Assembly: GCA_025839675.1 (NCBI GenBank)
Contig: CP104013.1
Span: 2,850,001-2,882,000, forward strand
Direction: 5' to 3'
Source: Candidatus Lokiarchaeum ossiferum
Lineage (GTDB): Archaea > Asgardarchaeota > Lokiarchaeia > Sigyniarchaeales > Promethearchaeaceae
Length of the DNA: 32,000 bases
Part shown: one piece after another, positions 1 to 9,367 of the stretch
Numbering within the stretch: position 1 is the stretch's first letter
How the letters are laid out: every line of letters starts with the position of its first letter
The notes under the pieces: generated by a model
Told to the model about the DNA's origin: nothing
Database searches by the model: none
Seen by the model: the letters and a program-made list of their open reading frames with translations, nothing else
Position numbers and translations under genes: made by a program

Positions 1-370
1 GAAGAATTGTCAGAGAAGCAAAGAAATACGACCATAACTGAATTAAAGCACCAGTAAATGCAATATCCCGTATCAAATTGACAAGGGTGAGCGAGAGATA
101 ATTTGAAAGATATCCTTTATAAATTCCATCAGGAGCCAAGCTCATACTCACGGGAGCGAACAAAAAAATGAATATATCAAGAAAAATATAAATAAACCAT
201 CCAATTAATCCGATGAAAAAGAGGCGTTCTACTAATGGACGGTCGTTCCAATTGTGTTCAGAGTATTTTTTATACGCCAAAATAATATTGAGGAAAAATA
301 ACGATGATTCAATCGCCTTCGGGATGATTAGTATTAATTGTAAGTATTCGAAATAAATAAGGGTCACCAT
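1..370 (-). CDS. Integral membrane protein, N-terminal part (gene continues past the left edge)
   Basis: Reverse-strand ATG at 370-368 opens a frame that stays stop-free to position 1 (own translation: MVTLIYFEYLQLILIIPKAIESSLFFLNIILAYKKYSEHNWNDRPLVERLFFIGLIGWFIYIFLDIFIFLFAPVSMSLAPDG...). Contains helix-length hydrophobic stretches. Absent from the ORF track because it has no stop inside the window. No family recognised. Confidence 0.5.
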   Translation of the reverse strand, partial: MVTLIYFEYLQLILIIPKAIESSLFFLNIILAYKKYSEHNWNDRPLVERLFFIGLIGWFIYIFLDIFIFLFAPVSMSLAPDGIYKGYLSNYLSLTLVNLIRDIAFTGALIQLWSYFFASLTIL

Positions 371-431
371 TATTATTGTAATTCCTTTTGTTCACGTGAC
401 TTTAAAAAATAATGGGATAATTCACCCATGG

Positions 432-1628
432 TTAAAAATCTATCATTGTTCCTTCGAATGCATATTCAAGCAACTTTTGAATTTCATCATCGGATGCATC
501 CCGTGGGCTCATAGTAATGCTGGCACTCTCATTCGTAAGATCTACCAGTCGACCCATTTGTGAATCAAGTTGTTCACGCGTAATCCCACATTCACTTAAT
601 TTAGTAGGAAAATTTAATTGTTTTTGGAGAGAAACAATATACTCAATTAATTTATGAGCTGCTTGCTTATTATCATCATTCCATTGGGCAATTCCAGTCT
701 TTTTTGCTGCGATACCTAAAATTATTGTTGCACTATCATCGTCGGAATTGTTTAGGTAAAACTGAAGAATATAGGGGAGAACAACACCCACGCTAATTCC
801 ATGAGTTATATGAAACACTGCACCCAATGAATGTCCTAAGGAGTGTCCAATGGTGACTTGGGAATTTCCAAAACCTAAACCCGCAATCGTTGCTGCATTC
901 GCCATCTTTTCCCGAGCAAGTTGATTTTTTCCATCTTCAACAACCAATGGGAGATATTGCTTAACAAGACTAATTGCATGTAAACACATCCCATCGGCAA
1001 GATCATTTTTCCATTCTGAAACCAAACCTTCGCAAGAATGGGCTAAGGCATCAAATCCAGTGGCAACAGTTAGAGATTGCGGTAAGTTGGTTGTAAAAAT
1101 TGGATCCACAATCGCATAGGTGGGTAACACATCAAAATGTGCTTGCTCCAATTTTGATTGCAAGCCATCTTCATCGGTGCGTGTCACAATGACGGCCCAA
1201 GTTGCTTCTGCGCCTGTTCCAGAAGTGGTCGGAATCGCAACGCACTTGGCTTTGATTCCCATATGTAAATCTTCAAAGGGATTTAAATCATCGATTCCAA
1301 AATCATCATGTTCATAGAGAAACCAAACTGCTTTGGCTGCATCCAAGGAAGAACCCCCACCAAGACCAATGATTAAGTCAGGTTCAAATTTTGCACATAA
1401 CTCTTTTGCTTTAAGAATAGTGTCTTCATGAGGATCTGGTTCCACTCCATCAAATATTTCCCAGGATTTCTCAAATTCTTGCAATTTATCGGTTAAAATT
1501 TTAACAATCCCCAATTTAACCAATATTTTATCTGTTACAATAAAACACTTTTGACCTTTAATACTTTCAAACTGATCAAGAGCATCTTCACCGAAGTAAA
1601 CTGTTTTTGGACTAACAAATGTAGGCAT
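432..1628 (-). CDS. Iron-containing (group III) alcohol dehydrogenase
   Basis: ORF 432..1715. Fe-ADH hallmarks are GGGSSLDAAK and the metal-binding His cluster (DALAHS ... IGHSLGHSLGAVFHITHG). The family-typical N-terminus MPTFVSPKTVYFGEDAL starts at the internal ATG at 1628. The longer 1715 start would overlap the SCP2 gene. Confidence 0.9.
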   Translation of the reverse strand: MPTFVSPKTVYFGEDALDQFESIKGQKCFIVTDKILVKLGIVKILTDKLQEFEKSWEIFDGVEPDPHEDTILKAKELCAKFEPDLIIGLGGGSSLDAAKAVWFLYEHDDFGIDDLNPFEDLHMGIKAKCVAIPTTSGTGAEATWAVIVTRTDEDGLQSKLEQAHFDVLPTYAIVDPIFTTNLPQSLTVATGFDALAHSCEGLVSEWKNDLADGMCLHAISLVKQYLPLVVEDGKNQLAREKMANAATIAGLGFGNSQVTIGHSLGHSLGAVFHITHGISVGVVLPYILQFYLNNSDDDSATIILGIAAKKTGIAQWNDDNKQAAHKLIEYIVSLQKQLNFPTKLSECGITREQLDSQMGRLVDLTNESASITMSPRDASDDEIQKLLEYAFEGTMIDF

Positions 1629-1686
1629 TTTTTTACACCAACTAAAGGATAGATAATCAAAAAAAAAGAGGTTCCAAGAATTTAAG

Positions 1687-2094
1687 TTAAAATTTTTCGG
1701 TATCAACCATTCCAATCGTTTTAACGAGGTTTTTTGCGGCTTTCACAGCCCGCATTACCTTTTTCATGTCCCCTTTTAATTTAAACTTCTTTGACATCAA
1801 TCCTTTGATAGGATCAAGTTTTCCATCGATTAATTTCGACCAATTTTCCCATTTTCCAGAAAACACAAAGGCAGCATCGACTTCTTCACCCTCAGGAATT
1901 GTTCGCATACTTCGTGCCTTTCCATGCCACAGATCTGCATAAAAGCGAATTTCATGATCTAAATTTCCTTCTGGTTGGACAATGAAGACAAAATCGCCTT
2001 CCCAAGTTTTAGCACTCTCTTCATAGGCCGCATTATTATTTAATGTCTCCATATAGGAGGAGACCCATTCTTGACTTCCAAATTTTAAACCCAT
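1687..2094 (-). CDS. SCP2 (sterol-carrier-protein-2-like) lipid-binding domain protein
   Basis: 135 aa. The C-terminal half GKLDPIKGLMSKKFKLKGDMKKVMR matches the SCP2 signature (GKLnp..AfmsGKLKikGnm). The N-terminal FGSQEW...AYEESAKTWEGDFVF is also typical of stand-alone prokaryotic SCP2 proteins. Lies 58 nt upstream of the ADH gene on the same strand. Confidence 0.75.
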   Translation of the reverse strand: MGLKFGSQEWVSSYMETLNNNAAYEESAKTWEGDFVFIVQPEGNLDHEIRFYADLWHGKARSMRTIPEGEEVDAAFVFSGKWENWSKLIDGKLDPIKGLMSKKFKLKGDMKKVMRAVKAAKNLVKTIGMVDTEKF

Positions 2095-2264
2095 ATTATA
2101 TTCACCAAATGATATTCGAATTCAATTCTGTCCTTAAGTCTAATATATTTTTGCTTAAAATTGCAAATCATAAATTTTGACCATTGAAAGGTCAATAAAA
2201 ATACAATTTTAGATAAAGTATAATTTCAAAAAATTTAGAAATGAAAGAAAAAAGAATATTTTTA

Positions 2265-3023
2265 TTATGAATTCGAATTGATTATGGATATGACATCTTC
2301 CACAGGATTTAGAGAGGATTTCTTATATTTAAGCTTGATTTTATCTTGAATTAAAGGGATGTAGATTTTTCCTTCTTTCAAAGCGGATTTATTGTTAATA
2401 ACAAGAGATGATAATTCCAGTAACAATGCAAATCCTTCAGAATAAGTTTTCCGATACGATTCAATCTCAAATTCCATATAACCATAAAGATTTAATCCAA
2501 TCGTATGCAAATAGTAAGTTCCATCATCATTTTTATGCCCTGTTGTTTTAATCCAAAGCATTAAAGGAAGTTTATTTGATGAGAGAAGGTTAGATTGTTC
2601 AATGAATAGTGAGTCTTGAATGACCTGGGATGAAGCCCCCCAAAATACACCAATAGAATCTGAAATTTTACATACAGAAGCCGTAACCCGAGTTAACTGT
2701 TTTGAAATTTCAATTGGATCTACTTCACCTCGGGTAAAGATTAGTATATGACTACTATGACTAGAAACTTCCGCTTCAGCTTCTTTCCAATGATATGCAG
2801 TCTTACTTGGCAGCTCAAGATCCTTAGAAGGAAAAGGTGTGGGGATTTCAGATATAATAAATTGGATCTTGTTCCAATCAAAAGAAAAAGCTTGACTTGT
2901 TCGCTCAAACTCAGAAATTTCTAAGCCACTTCCCCAATCATTCGCAATTTGTTCCACAAGTTTGGTTTCATTGATGTCCGACTTCGACTTCAACAAAATC
3001 ATCGCCATTTGGATGTGAACCAT
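2265..3023 (-). CDS. Hypothetical protein (252 aa), no family confidently recognised
   Basis: Long ORF with normal composition, divergent from AOR across a 118-bp TATA-rich spacer. The true start may be one of the Met residues in MVHIQMAMILLK. The C-terminal pattern (LPLMLWIKT...HTIGLNLYGYMEFEIE) vaguely recalls DUF4261/SUFU-like proteins, but this is unverified. Confidence 0.6.
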   Translation of the reverse strand: MVHIQMAMILLKSKSDINETKLVEQIANDWGSGLEISEFERTSQAFSFDWNKIQFIISEIPTPFPSKDLELPSKTAYHWKEAEAEVSSHSSHILIFTRGEVDPIEISKQLTRVTASVCKISDSIGVFWGASSQVIQDSLFIEQSNLLSSNKLPLMLWIKTTGHKNDDGTYYLHTIGLNLYGYMEFEIESYRKTYSEGFALLLELSSLVINNKSALKEGKIYIPLIQDKIKLKYKKSSLNPVEDVISIINSNS

Positions 3024-3141
3024 GATATAGATTATATATTACATTATCTTCTCTTTAACTGTTTTGCTAAAAAAAAAATAAAGCATTAAGAAGATAAACA
3101 GCAAACTATATTCATAACTTTCACATACGAAGGGTAAAACC

Positions 3142-4983
3142 ATGAAGGGATTTACAAAAACAATTCTTGAAATAAATCTATCTAAAAATTCCGTTAAAAA
3201 AACTCCGCTTAATGAAGACATTGCGCGTAAATTTTTGGGAGGGGCAGGATATGCATGTGCCACATTGTTTCCACTACTTTCAAAAGAGACTGATCCTTTG
3301 GGACCAGATAATAAACTATTTTTTATGACTGGACCACTCACAGGAACAACTGCCACATCTTCTGGGAGGATGGTTGTTTGTGCAAAATCACCCTTAACCG
3401 GAATTTGGGGAGAATCTAATTCAGGAAGTGATGCCTGCATCCAGCTCAAAAAGGCAGGATATGATGGAATATTAATCCATGGAAAAGCTAAAGCACCTGT
3501 TTATCTCGAAATATTAGATGAGCAAGTAGTGATTAAACCAGCTGACCATCTTTGGGGAAAGGGAATTTATGAAACTACCAGCCATCTGAAAAACTTAGAG
3601 AAGTTTAAAAAGCCTCGTGTTATGGCTATCGGCCCAGCGGGGGAAAATTTAGTCAATTTTGCCATTATTGGAAGTGAAGAACGCGCCTTTGGGCGAACTG
3701 GGATGGGGGCGGTCATGGGGTCCAAAAATTTGAAAGCGATCGTGATTCAAGGTAGTGGTAAAATTGAAATTACCCATCCCGATGAATTTAAGGAATTAAC
3801 CAAGACAACTAATTCGGAAATGATGGAAATCTTTACCTATGAAATGATGCAAGAATTGGGTACCAGCGGATCTTTAGATATGTATTCAGTTTCTGGAGAA
3901 CTCCCGATTAAGTATTATCGGGGCTCAGAATTTGAAAACACCGATGAAATTTCTGGATCAACCTTAGCAGAAAAATATTTGAAGAAGAACCATCATTGTT
4001 TTGCATGCCCAATTGGTTGTGGTAGAATAGTGGAACTTGGAGAAAATGGCCAAAAACTCCCAACTATTCCGTTTGAAGGTCCTGAATATGAGACCATGGC
4101 CGGTTTTGGATCTCTTATGATGAATGAGGACCTTGAAGCCATTATTAAAGCGAATTACTTATGTAATGATCTTGGATTGGACACGATCTCCTCAAGTTCT
4201 ATGATTGCTCTATTAATGGATCTTGTTGAACGAAGGAAACTGAAGCCTTCAGATATAGATGGAATCTCCTTACAATTCGGTAAAATGGACGAGGTATTTG
4301 ATTTGCTTGAAAAAATTGCATTAAGACAAGGAATAGGGAATATTATTGCAGAAGGAAGTCAACAGCTGATTAAAGATTTTGCAATTGATCCAGAGCAAGT
4401 GGCAACCATCCATAATTCTCATGTAACTTATCACGACATGCGAAGTACCAGCCCTATGGCTATCGCTTATGGGATTAGCCCTCACTATGGAGGATCCCAT
4501 AATTCCTGTGATGGTTATATGGTGACGACAGGATTAGAAATTCCAGATTTGGGAATATCTCTTGATGGACCATATGAAGAACCCAAGGAAACAGCTATAG
4601 TTGCAGGAAAATTGATGGAATATCGCGCTTTTTATTCCGCGGCAATTTTCTGTGTATTTGCTAATCCACCTCCCAAAAATCTTGCAAAATATTTAGAACT
4701 CGCACTAGGAGAACCTTTTACAATGGAACGAATTGTCACAACAGGTCAACGTATTCTCACTTTGAAACGTCTTTTCAATTTGAAGATGGGACATACCCCC
4801 CAAGATGAACATATTCCGAAAATATTGTTAGAACCACTTCCTGAAAGTGGGTCTGAAGGTCAAGTCCCCGATGTCGCGACCTTATTTTCAGAATTTTATT
4901 CCTATATGGAATGGGATAAGGAGAGTGGAATACCATTGAAAGATAAAATTAAGCGATTGGAACTAGAAAGTTATTCAATTTAA
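3142..4983 (+). CDS. aor: Aldehyde:ferredoxin oxidoreductase (tungstopterin AOR family)
   Basis: 613 aa. The N-terminal AOR domain (ILEINLS...FLGGAGYACATLF, PDNKLFFMTGPLTGT), the Fe-S/pterin region (CFACPIGCGR) and overall length are typical of AOR-family enzymes. Confidence 0.93.
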   Translation: MKGFTKTILEINLSKNSVKKTPLNEDIARKFLGGAGYACATLFPLLSKETDPLGPDNKLFFMTGPLTGTTATSSGRMVVCAKSPLTGIWGESNSGSDACIQLKKAGYDGILIHGKAKAPVYLEILDEQVVIKPADHLWGKGIYETTSHLKNLEKFKKPRVMAIGPAGENLVNFAIIGSEERAFGRTGMGAVMGSKNLKAIVIQGSGKIEITHPDEFKELTKTTNSEMMEIFTYEMMQELGTSGSLDMYSVSGELPIKYYRGSEFENTDEISGSTLAEKYLKKNHHCFACPIGCGRIVELGENGQKLPTIPFEGPEYETMAGFGSLMMNEDLEAIIKANYLCNDLGLDTISSSSMIALLMDLVERRKLKPSDIDGISLQFGKMDEVFDLLEKIALRQGIGNIIAEGSQQLIKDFAIDPEQVATIHNSHVTYHDMRSTSPMAIAYGISPHYGGSHNSCDGYMVTTGLEIPDLGISLDGPYEEPKETAIVAGKLMEYRAFYSAAIFCVFANPPPKNLAKYLELALGEPFTMERIVTTGQRILTLKRLFNLKMGHTPQDEHIPKILLEPLPESGSEGQVPDVATLFSEFYSYMEWDKESGIPLKDKIKRLELESYSI

Positions 4984-5118
4984 TTCTTTTTTACTACTTT
5001 GTAAATAAATAGCATTGTTACATTTAAATCGCTTAGAACCCTTTTTTCAATTAATTTGAATTTTTTCTTCGAGTATGGATTTATTAACAAATTTGACTAA
5101 TTTATTTTTATCTTTTGA

Positions 5119-6168
5119 ATGATGGATATGAAAAAAATGAAGACAAGAAAAAAACAAATGTTGATAATCACTACTATAATCTTCTTATTTTTGCAACAGA
5201 ATGTCAAGGCAGCAAGTAATTCATCTCTTGCATTTTCTGAAGGAACTCAATTAGTTTGGAGGGTTAATAAAACAACAACAACTAATGGAACAGATGTTGA
5301 GGAAAAAACATTTTATCAGCGATTAAATATTTCTAAAATTGTAGAAGATTCAACAACAGTAAACGTTACTTTCAATTCATTAGAGAGTAATGAAACAGTA
5401 ACTGAATCAACTATAAACGCTGCGAATTGGACGGAATCACATTTTGGATTAACCACAGGAAATCAAACCAATATATTCGATCGTTCTGTTGATGGAGGCG
5501 ATATATTTCCATTTTTCTGCTTATTAGATAGTAACTTATCAAAAATTCAAACTTTTAATGAAACTACTACATTGAATTTCTTGTCTGAAATAGCTATGAA
5601 GCTATCTATTGAATATCTCATTACTCTTTTTGTGATGGCTTTTTCAACCATTTCTAGCGACATTTCAGAATTAACAAATTCAAGCCAAATATTAACATGT
5701 ACAGATACAAAATTGGTTGGATCATATGCTTACAATTCAACTGCATTTTTTTCGGGTACTAATGCATGGACAAACATGACTCTAGAAACAACAGTGGATC
5801 TTAATTACGATCCAGTCAGTAGGGTTCTTATTTCTGGAAATATAAATACCGCAACGAACATGACAATGTGGAATAACACATTGATGAAATATGTGTCTAC
5901 TGATATGACATATTTAAGCGAATTTCAATTAATCGCCCCTATGAATTTAGATACAAGTGATTCAACGACCACAACCTCAACAACTACAACTTCCCCAGAT
6001 GAGACAAGCACTTCGACTTCCACAAATTCAACAATTGAAACGAGTCATGGGGAAGAAGGCGGAATTCAAGGATTACTAGATTCAATTCCAGGTTTTACTG
6101 CATATTATTTAATAGGTTTTAGTATTTTAGGGATTATTATCCTAATTAAGATAAGAAAATACCAGTAA
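5119..6168 (+). CDS. Secreted, heavily N-glycosylation-sequon-rich surface protein with Thr/Ser stalk and PGF-CTERM-like anchor
   Basis: Signal peptide (KKMKTRKKQMLIITTIIFLFLQQNVKA|AS). 16 N-X-S/T sequons by hand count. Thr/Ser-rich stalk DTSDSTTTTSTTTTSPDETSTSTSTNST. The C-terminus IPGFTAYYLIGFSILGIIILIKIRKYQ is PGF + TM helix + basic tail. Confidence 0.75.
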   Translation: MMDMKKMKTRKKQMLIITTIIFLFLQQNVKAASNSSLAFSEGTQLVWRVNKTTTTNGTDVEEKTFYQRLNISKIVEDSTTVNVTFNSLESNETVTESTINAANWTESHFGLTTGNQTNIFDRSVDGGDIFPFFCLLDSNLSKIQTFNETTTLNFLSEIAMKLSIEYLITLFVMAFSTISSDISELTNSSQILTCTDTKLVGSYAYNSTAFFSGTNAWTNMTLETTVDLNYDPVSRVLISGNINTATNMTMWNNTLMKYVSTDMTYLSEFQLIAPMNLDTSDSTTTTSTTTTSPDETSTSTSTNSTIETSHGEEGGIQGLLDSIPGFTAYYLIGFSILGIIILIKIRKYQ

Positions 6169-6290
6169 AACATTTTTTCAACCGTTTTTTTGTTTCTATT
6201 TTATTTTATTCTGAATGATTTCTATTAAATAAGATCGCGGTTATAATAGGAAGAACTAAAAAATAGTAAAAACAAACCATAACTTAGCTT

Positions 6291-7544
6291 ATGTCATCAA
6301 AATTGACTGTCGAAAATATTTTGCATGAGTTAGTAAAAATCCCATCTCCCTATCCTTTCGAAAATCAGATAGTAGAATGGATTGCCAATTTCATAAAAGA
6401 ACGCAGTTTCACCATCCATAAGATACCAGTAGAAGATCGGTTTTGTCTTGTAGCAAAACGAGGATCAGGAAAAAGTTTACTTCTATTTGGTCATTTAGAT
6501 ACAGTCCCAATTCAAGGAGTTGAAGATGAAACCCCACATCAACCAGAAGGACGCAATAAAATAGCCGAACATGCTAAAACTCTGGGATGGTTTCAAGATC
6601 CGTTTATCCCATTGATTAAGAAGGGGAGAATGTATGGAAATGGAGCCGTGGATATGAAAGCGGGAGTGGCATCAATCTTAGCCACAGCGATATCACTGCC
6701 AGAGGAATGGTTTAAAACCAATGAATTAATATTAGCCTTCTCTGTTGATGAAGAATTTGTTGATAAAGGCATGTACCAGTTACTCCAAACAGATTTGATT
6801 CGCCATGCAAAAGGTTGTATCTGTCCTGAAATTGCGGATATTTCTGAAGTGGTTGAAATGGGTGAGACACCCGATGTTGGAACAATTCTCCTAGGTCGGA
6901 GGGGAAGGATAGCCATAGAAGTATTAGTGAAGGGAAAAGCGGCCCATGCGGCTACACCTAAAGCAGGGATTAATGCGATAGAACTTGCAACAACAATGAT
7001 AAATCATGTCATGAAATCTGTAGAATCGGGGGAGTTACCTCTGGGAAAACATGAAATTTTGCCGGAAGCATCCATAACCCCCCTAAAAATTCATGCTGGT
7101 ACAAGTTCCCTTTCTGTACCCGATTCTTGCTTGGTAGAATTTGATCGTCATTTAGTACCTCCAGAAACACCAGAATCTGTCCTAAAACAAATGGAAGAAT
7201 GTATCAAACAAGTGTTAAAACCCTCCGAATTTGAAATTCGGAAAACGAACCGTCCCACACCATTTCTCCTTCCTTTCGTGACATCGAAGGATTCGGATAT
7301 CGCTAAAGTGACCATATCAACTCTTGAATCTTTAGGATATACTGTCAAAATTTCGGGAGGAAATTCTGTGGCAGATGAAAACATGCTTAGTTCCTCTGAC
7401 TATAAACACCCTATCCTTCATGCAATCCCCACAATCGTCTTAGGTTGTAAAGGAGGAAACTACCACAAGGAAAATGAATGGGTAGATTTGAGATCCTTAG
7501 AAAAACACTACCAAGCTTTACTCAAAATTTGCGAAAATTGGTAA
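6291..7544 (+). CDS. M20-family metallopeptidase / deacylase (ArgE/DapE/CPG2-like)
   Basis: 417 aa. Metal-ligand motifs LLLFGHLDTVP and GNGAVDMKAG, plus an EE pair (VDEEF), are characteristic of M20 peptidases. Substrate cannot be assigned. Confidence 0.85.
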   Translation: MSSKLTVENILHELVKIPSPYPFENQIVEWIANFIKERSFTIHKIPVEDRFCLVAKRGSGKSLLLFGHLDTVPIQGVEDETPHQPEGRNKIAEHAKTLGWFQDPFIPLIKKGRMYGNGAVDMKAGVASILATAISLPEEWFKTNELILAFSVDEEFVDKGMYQLLQTDLIRHAKGCICPEIADISEVVEMGETPDVGTILLGRRGRIAIEVLVKGKAAHAATPKAGINAIELATTMINHVMKSVESGELPLGKHEILPEASITPLKIHAGTSSLSVPDSCLVEFDRHLVPPETPESVLKQMEECIKQVLKPSEFEIRKTNRPTPFLLPFVTSKDSDIAKVTISTLESLGYTVKISGGNSVADENMLSSSDYKHPILHAIPTIVLGCKGGNYHKENEWVDLRSLEKHYQALLKICENW

Positions 7545-7560
7545 GATAGAAAAAAAAGAA

Positions 7561-8493
7561 TTATAATAATTGTGGAAAAATTCGAGTGTAATGAACTGCT
7601 GCAACATGAACGCCTGCGGCATATCCCTTTTTTTGTAATTCTTTCATCATCGGTTGGTACAAGTCAACATTAATTTTATCGTAAGCTGCCTTTTTGGCTT
7701 TTTTTTCCAATCCTTGAGCTTTCACATTTTTGAATTGGGATAAAATATCTTTAGGAACAGAAACCCCTGGCACGTATTTATCAAAATCCCGAGCTGTGGA
7801 ATAATTTCGCATTGGAAATATGCCAACTAAGACTGGAACACCCAATTTTTTTAATTCTTGAAAGAAAGGTTCAGTGGTTTCCAAATCATAAACGACTTGA
7901 GTTTGAATAAATTCGGCACCCAATTCGACTTTTTTCTTCAATTTCAAGAGTTCAATTTCAGGATGGGTCGAATTTGGATTTGCACCCATTCCGATATGAA
8001 ATTTAGGGGGTGCAATGTCAGCATCTTCAATTGGAATGCCATAAATCGTATGTTGATCTACCATTTCTCGAGCTAACATGAGCAATTGGGTAGAATCCAA
8101 ATCAAAGGCAGGTTTGGATTGAGGAATATCCCCCACAGAAGAATGATCCCCCGACAAAACTAAAACGTTTCGGATTCCCGCTGCTGATGCACCTAACAAA
8201 GATGAGGCAAGACCAAGTCTACTCAAATCTCGACAAGTTTGCTGATAAATGACTTCGACAGGAGTTTGATGTTGAATCGAGATCGAAGCCGCTAACCCAC
8301 TCATGGAAACAAAAGATCCCGGAATATCTGTTACATTCGCTGCAGCAACATAATCTTTAATTTCCAAGGCTTCTTTAATCAAGGGTGCCATATTTGCACT
8401 GCGACCGGGTTCTAATTCTCCGGTAAATACGAATTTACCTGAATTCAATTCTTTCATTAACCGAGAGTAAGCGGGTTTATTCTTCGCATGCAT
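7561..8493 (-). CDS. metF: Methylenetetrahydrofolate reductase (MetF)
   Basis: 310 aa TIM-barrel MTHFR-like sequence (FVFTGELEPGRS..., NVTD, QTCRDLSR, VLVLSGDH, GANPN). Its start overlaps the stop of the upstream MetV-like gene by 17 nt. Confidence 0.9.
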   Translation of the reverse strand: MHAKNKPAYSRLMKELNSGKFVFTGELEPGRSANMAPLIKEALEIKDYVAAANVTDIPGSFVSMSGLAASISIQHQTPVEVIYQQTCRDLSRLGLASSLLGASAAGIRNVLVLSGDHSSVGDIPQSKPAFDLDSTQLLMLAREMVDQHTIYGIPIEDADIAPPKFHIGMGANPNSTHPEIELLKLKKKVELGAEFIQTQVVYDLETTEPFFQELKKLGVPVLVGIFPMRNYSTARDFDKYVPGVSVPKDILSQFKNVKAQGLEKKAKKAAYDKINVDLYQPMMKELQKKGYAAGVHVAAVHYTRIFPQLL

Positions 8494-9163
8494 AATAATC
8501 TTTCATCTCCTTACGTTGATTTACGGTAGATCGTTTCGTCACTAAAGACCAATCTCGAGGGGGCCGTACTTTACTGAACAATTCCAATTTATCTAGTTTC
8601 TTCAACCGATTATAAATGGCGACCCATCCACAATCATTTTGATACCCTCCCATTTCACATTTTCCATCAATAACACCGCCACAAGGACCATTCAGAAGGG
8701 ATTTTGCACAAGCCGTAATAGGACAGATCCCACCAGTTTCATTTAACACACACTTTCCACAAGCTCGACATTTTTCATGATAGAGACCAATTCGCTCGGT
8801 CTGGCTCATCATGATTGTGTCAGTAGTAATGATTACTGGTTTATCAGTCACTTCGCGAACCGTTTGAGCACCCATTCCACATGAAGCCACGATATATCCA
8901 TCAATTTTTTGAGTCTCATTTTGAATATGTCGCAAATCGGTTTTCACGAGACGTTTATCACAAGGTTCTTCAATTACAATAGAAGCAGCAATTTGAATCC
9001 CATCTTGTTCTAAAGAATCCACTATTTTTTTTAATCCTTCGGTCCCTCCAGTTCCACATTGGGCAGAGCAAGATCCACAGGAAATTACAGCGACTGTTTG
9101 TAAATCCCATTGCTTACATGCATCTCGAATTTCTGACCACGGTTTTGATACGGTTAAAATCAT
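8477..9163 (-). CDS. metV: MetV-like Cys-rich partner of MetF (MTHFR C-terminal/zinc-ribbon-like domain protein)
   Basis: Cys clusters CGSCSAQCGTGG and CRACGKCVLNETGGICPITACAKSLLNGPCGGVIDGKCE. Translationally coupled to metF. Start placed at internal ATG 9163 (MILTVSKPW...); the upstream 65 codons of the track ORF are F/L/Y-rich spacer-like sequence. Confidence 0.8.
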   Translation of the reverse strand: MILTVSKPWSEIRDACKQWDLQTVAVISCGSCSAQCGTGGTEGLKKIVDSLEQDGIQIAASIVIEEPCDKRLVKTDLRHIQNETQKIDGYIVASCGMGAQTVREVTDKPVIITTDTIMMSQTERIGLYHEKCRACGKCVLNETGGICPITACAKSLLNGPCGGVIDGKCEMGGYQNDCGWVAIYNRLKKLDKLELFSKVRPPRDWSLVTKRSTVNQRKEMKDYYACEE

Positions 9164-9367
9164 ATATTTAAAACCCAATTTGAGTAATTTTATAGAAATC
9201 TGATCTTCTTTGTTAATTCCAAAATAAAAAGTTGAACATTTTAAAAAAAAATACGGAGAGTATGTATTTTTTGTTAAGATCTGGTAAAAAAAACCATTAA
9301 AAACATCTAAAAAAGACCAAATTACGTAAATTTTTTTCAAATGCAAAATTAATAACAATGAGTTTTA

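Noticed and set aside
1629-1715. N-terminal 29-aa extension of the alcohol dehydrogenase ORF (MEWLIPKNFNLNSWNLFFFDYLSFSWCKK)
   Set aside because: It overlaps the 3' end of the SCP2 gene, has spacer-like composition, and the Fe-ADH family N-terminus aligns from the internal Met at 1628.
3039-3449. 136-aa minus-strand ORF overlapping the AOR start
   Set aside because: It overlaps the strongly supported AOR coding region and promoter, has no recognisable features, and is probably a shadow ORF.
9164-9358. 65-codon upstream extension of the MetV-like ORF
   Set aside because: The F/L/Y/K-rich peptide is translated from an A-rich (plus-strand) promoter spacer shared with the divergent MoxR gene. 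It is stop-free probably because the minus strand is A-poor here. The MetV homology and size fit the ATG at 9163.
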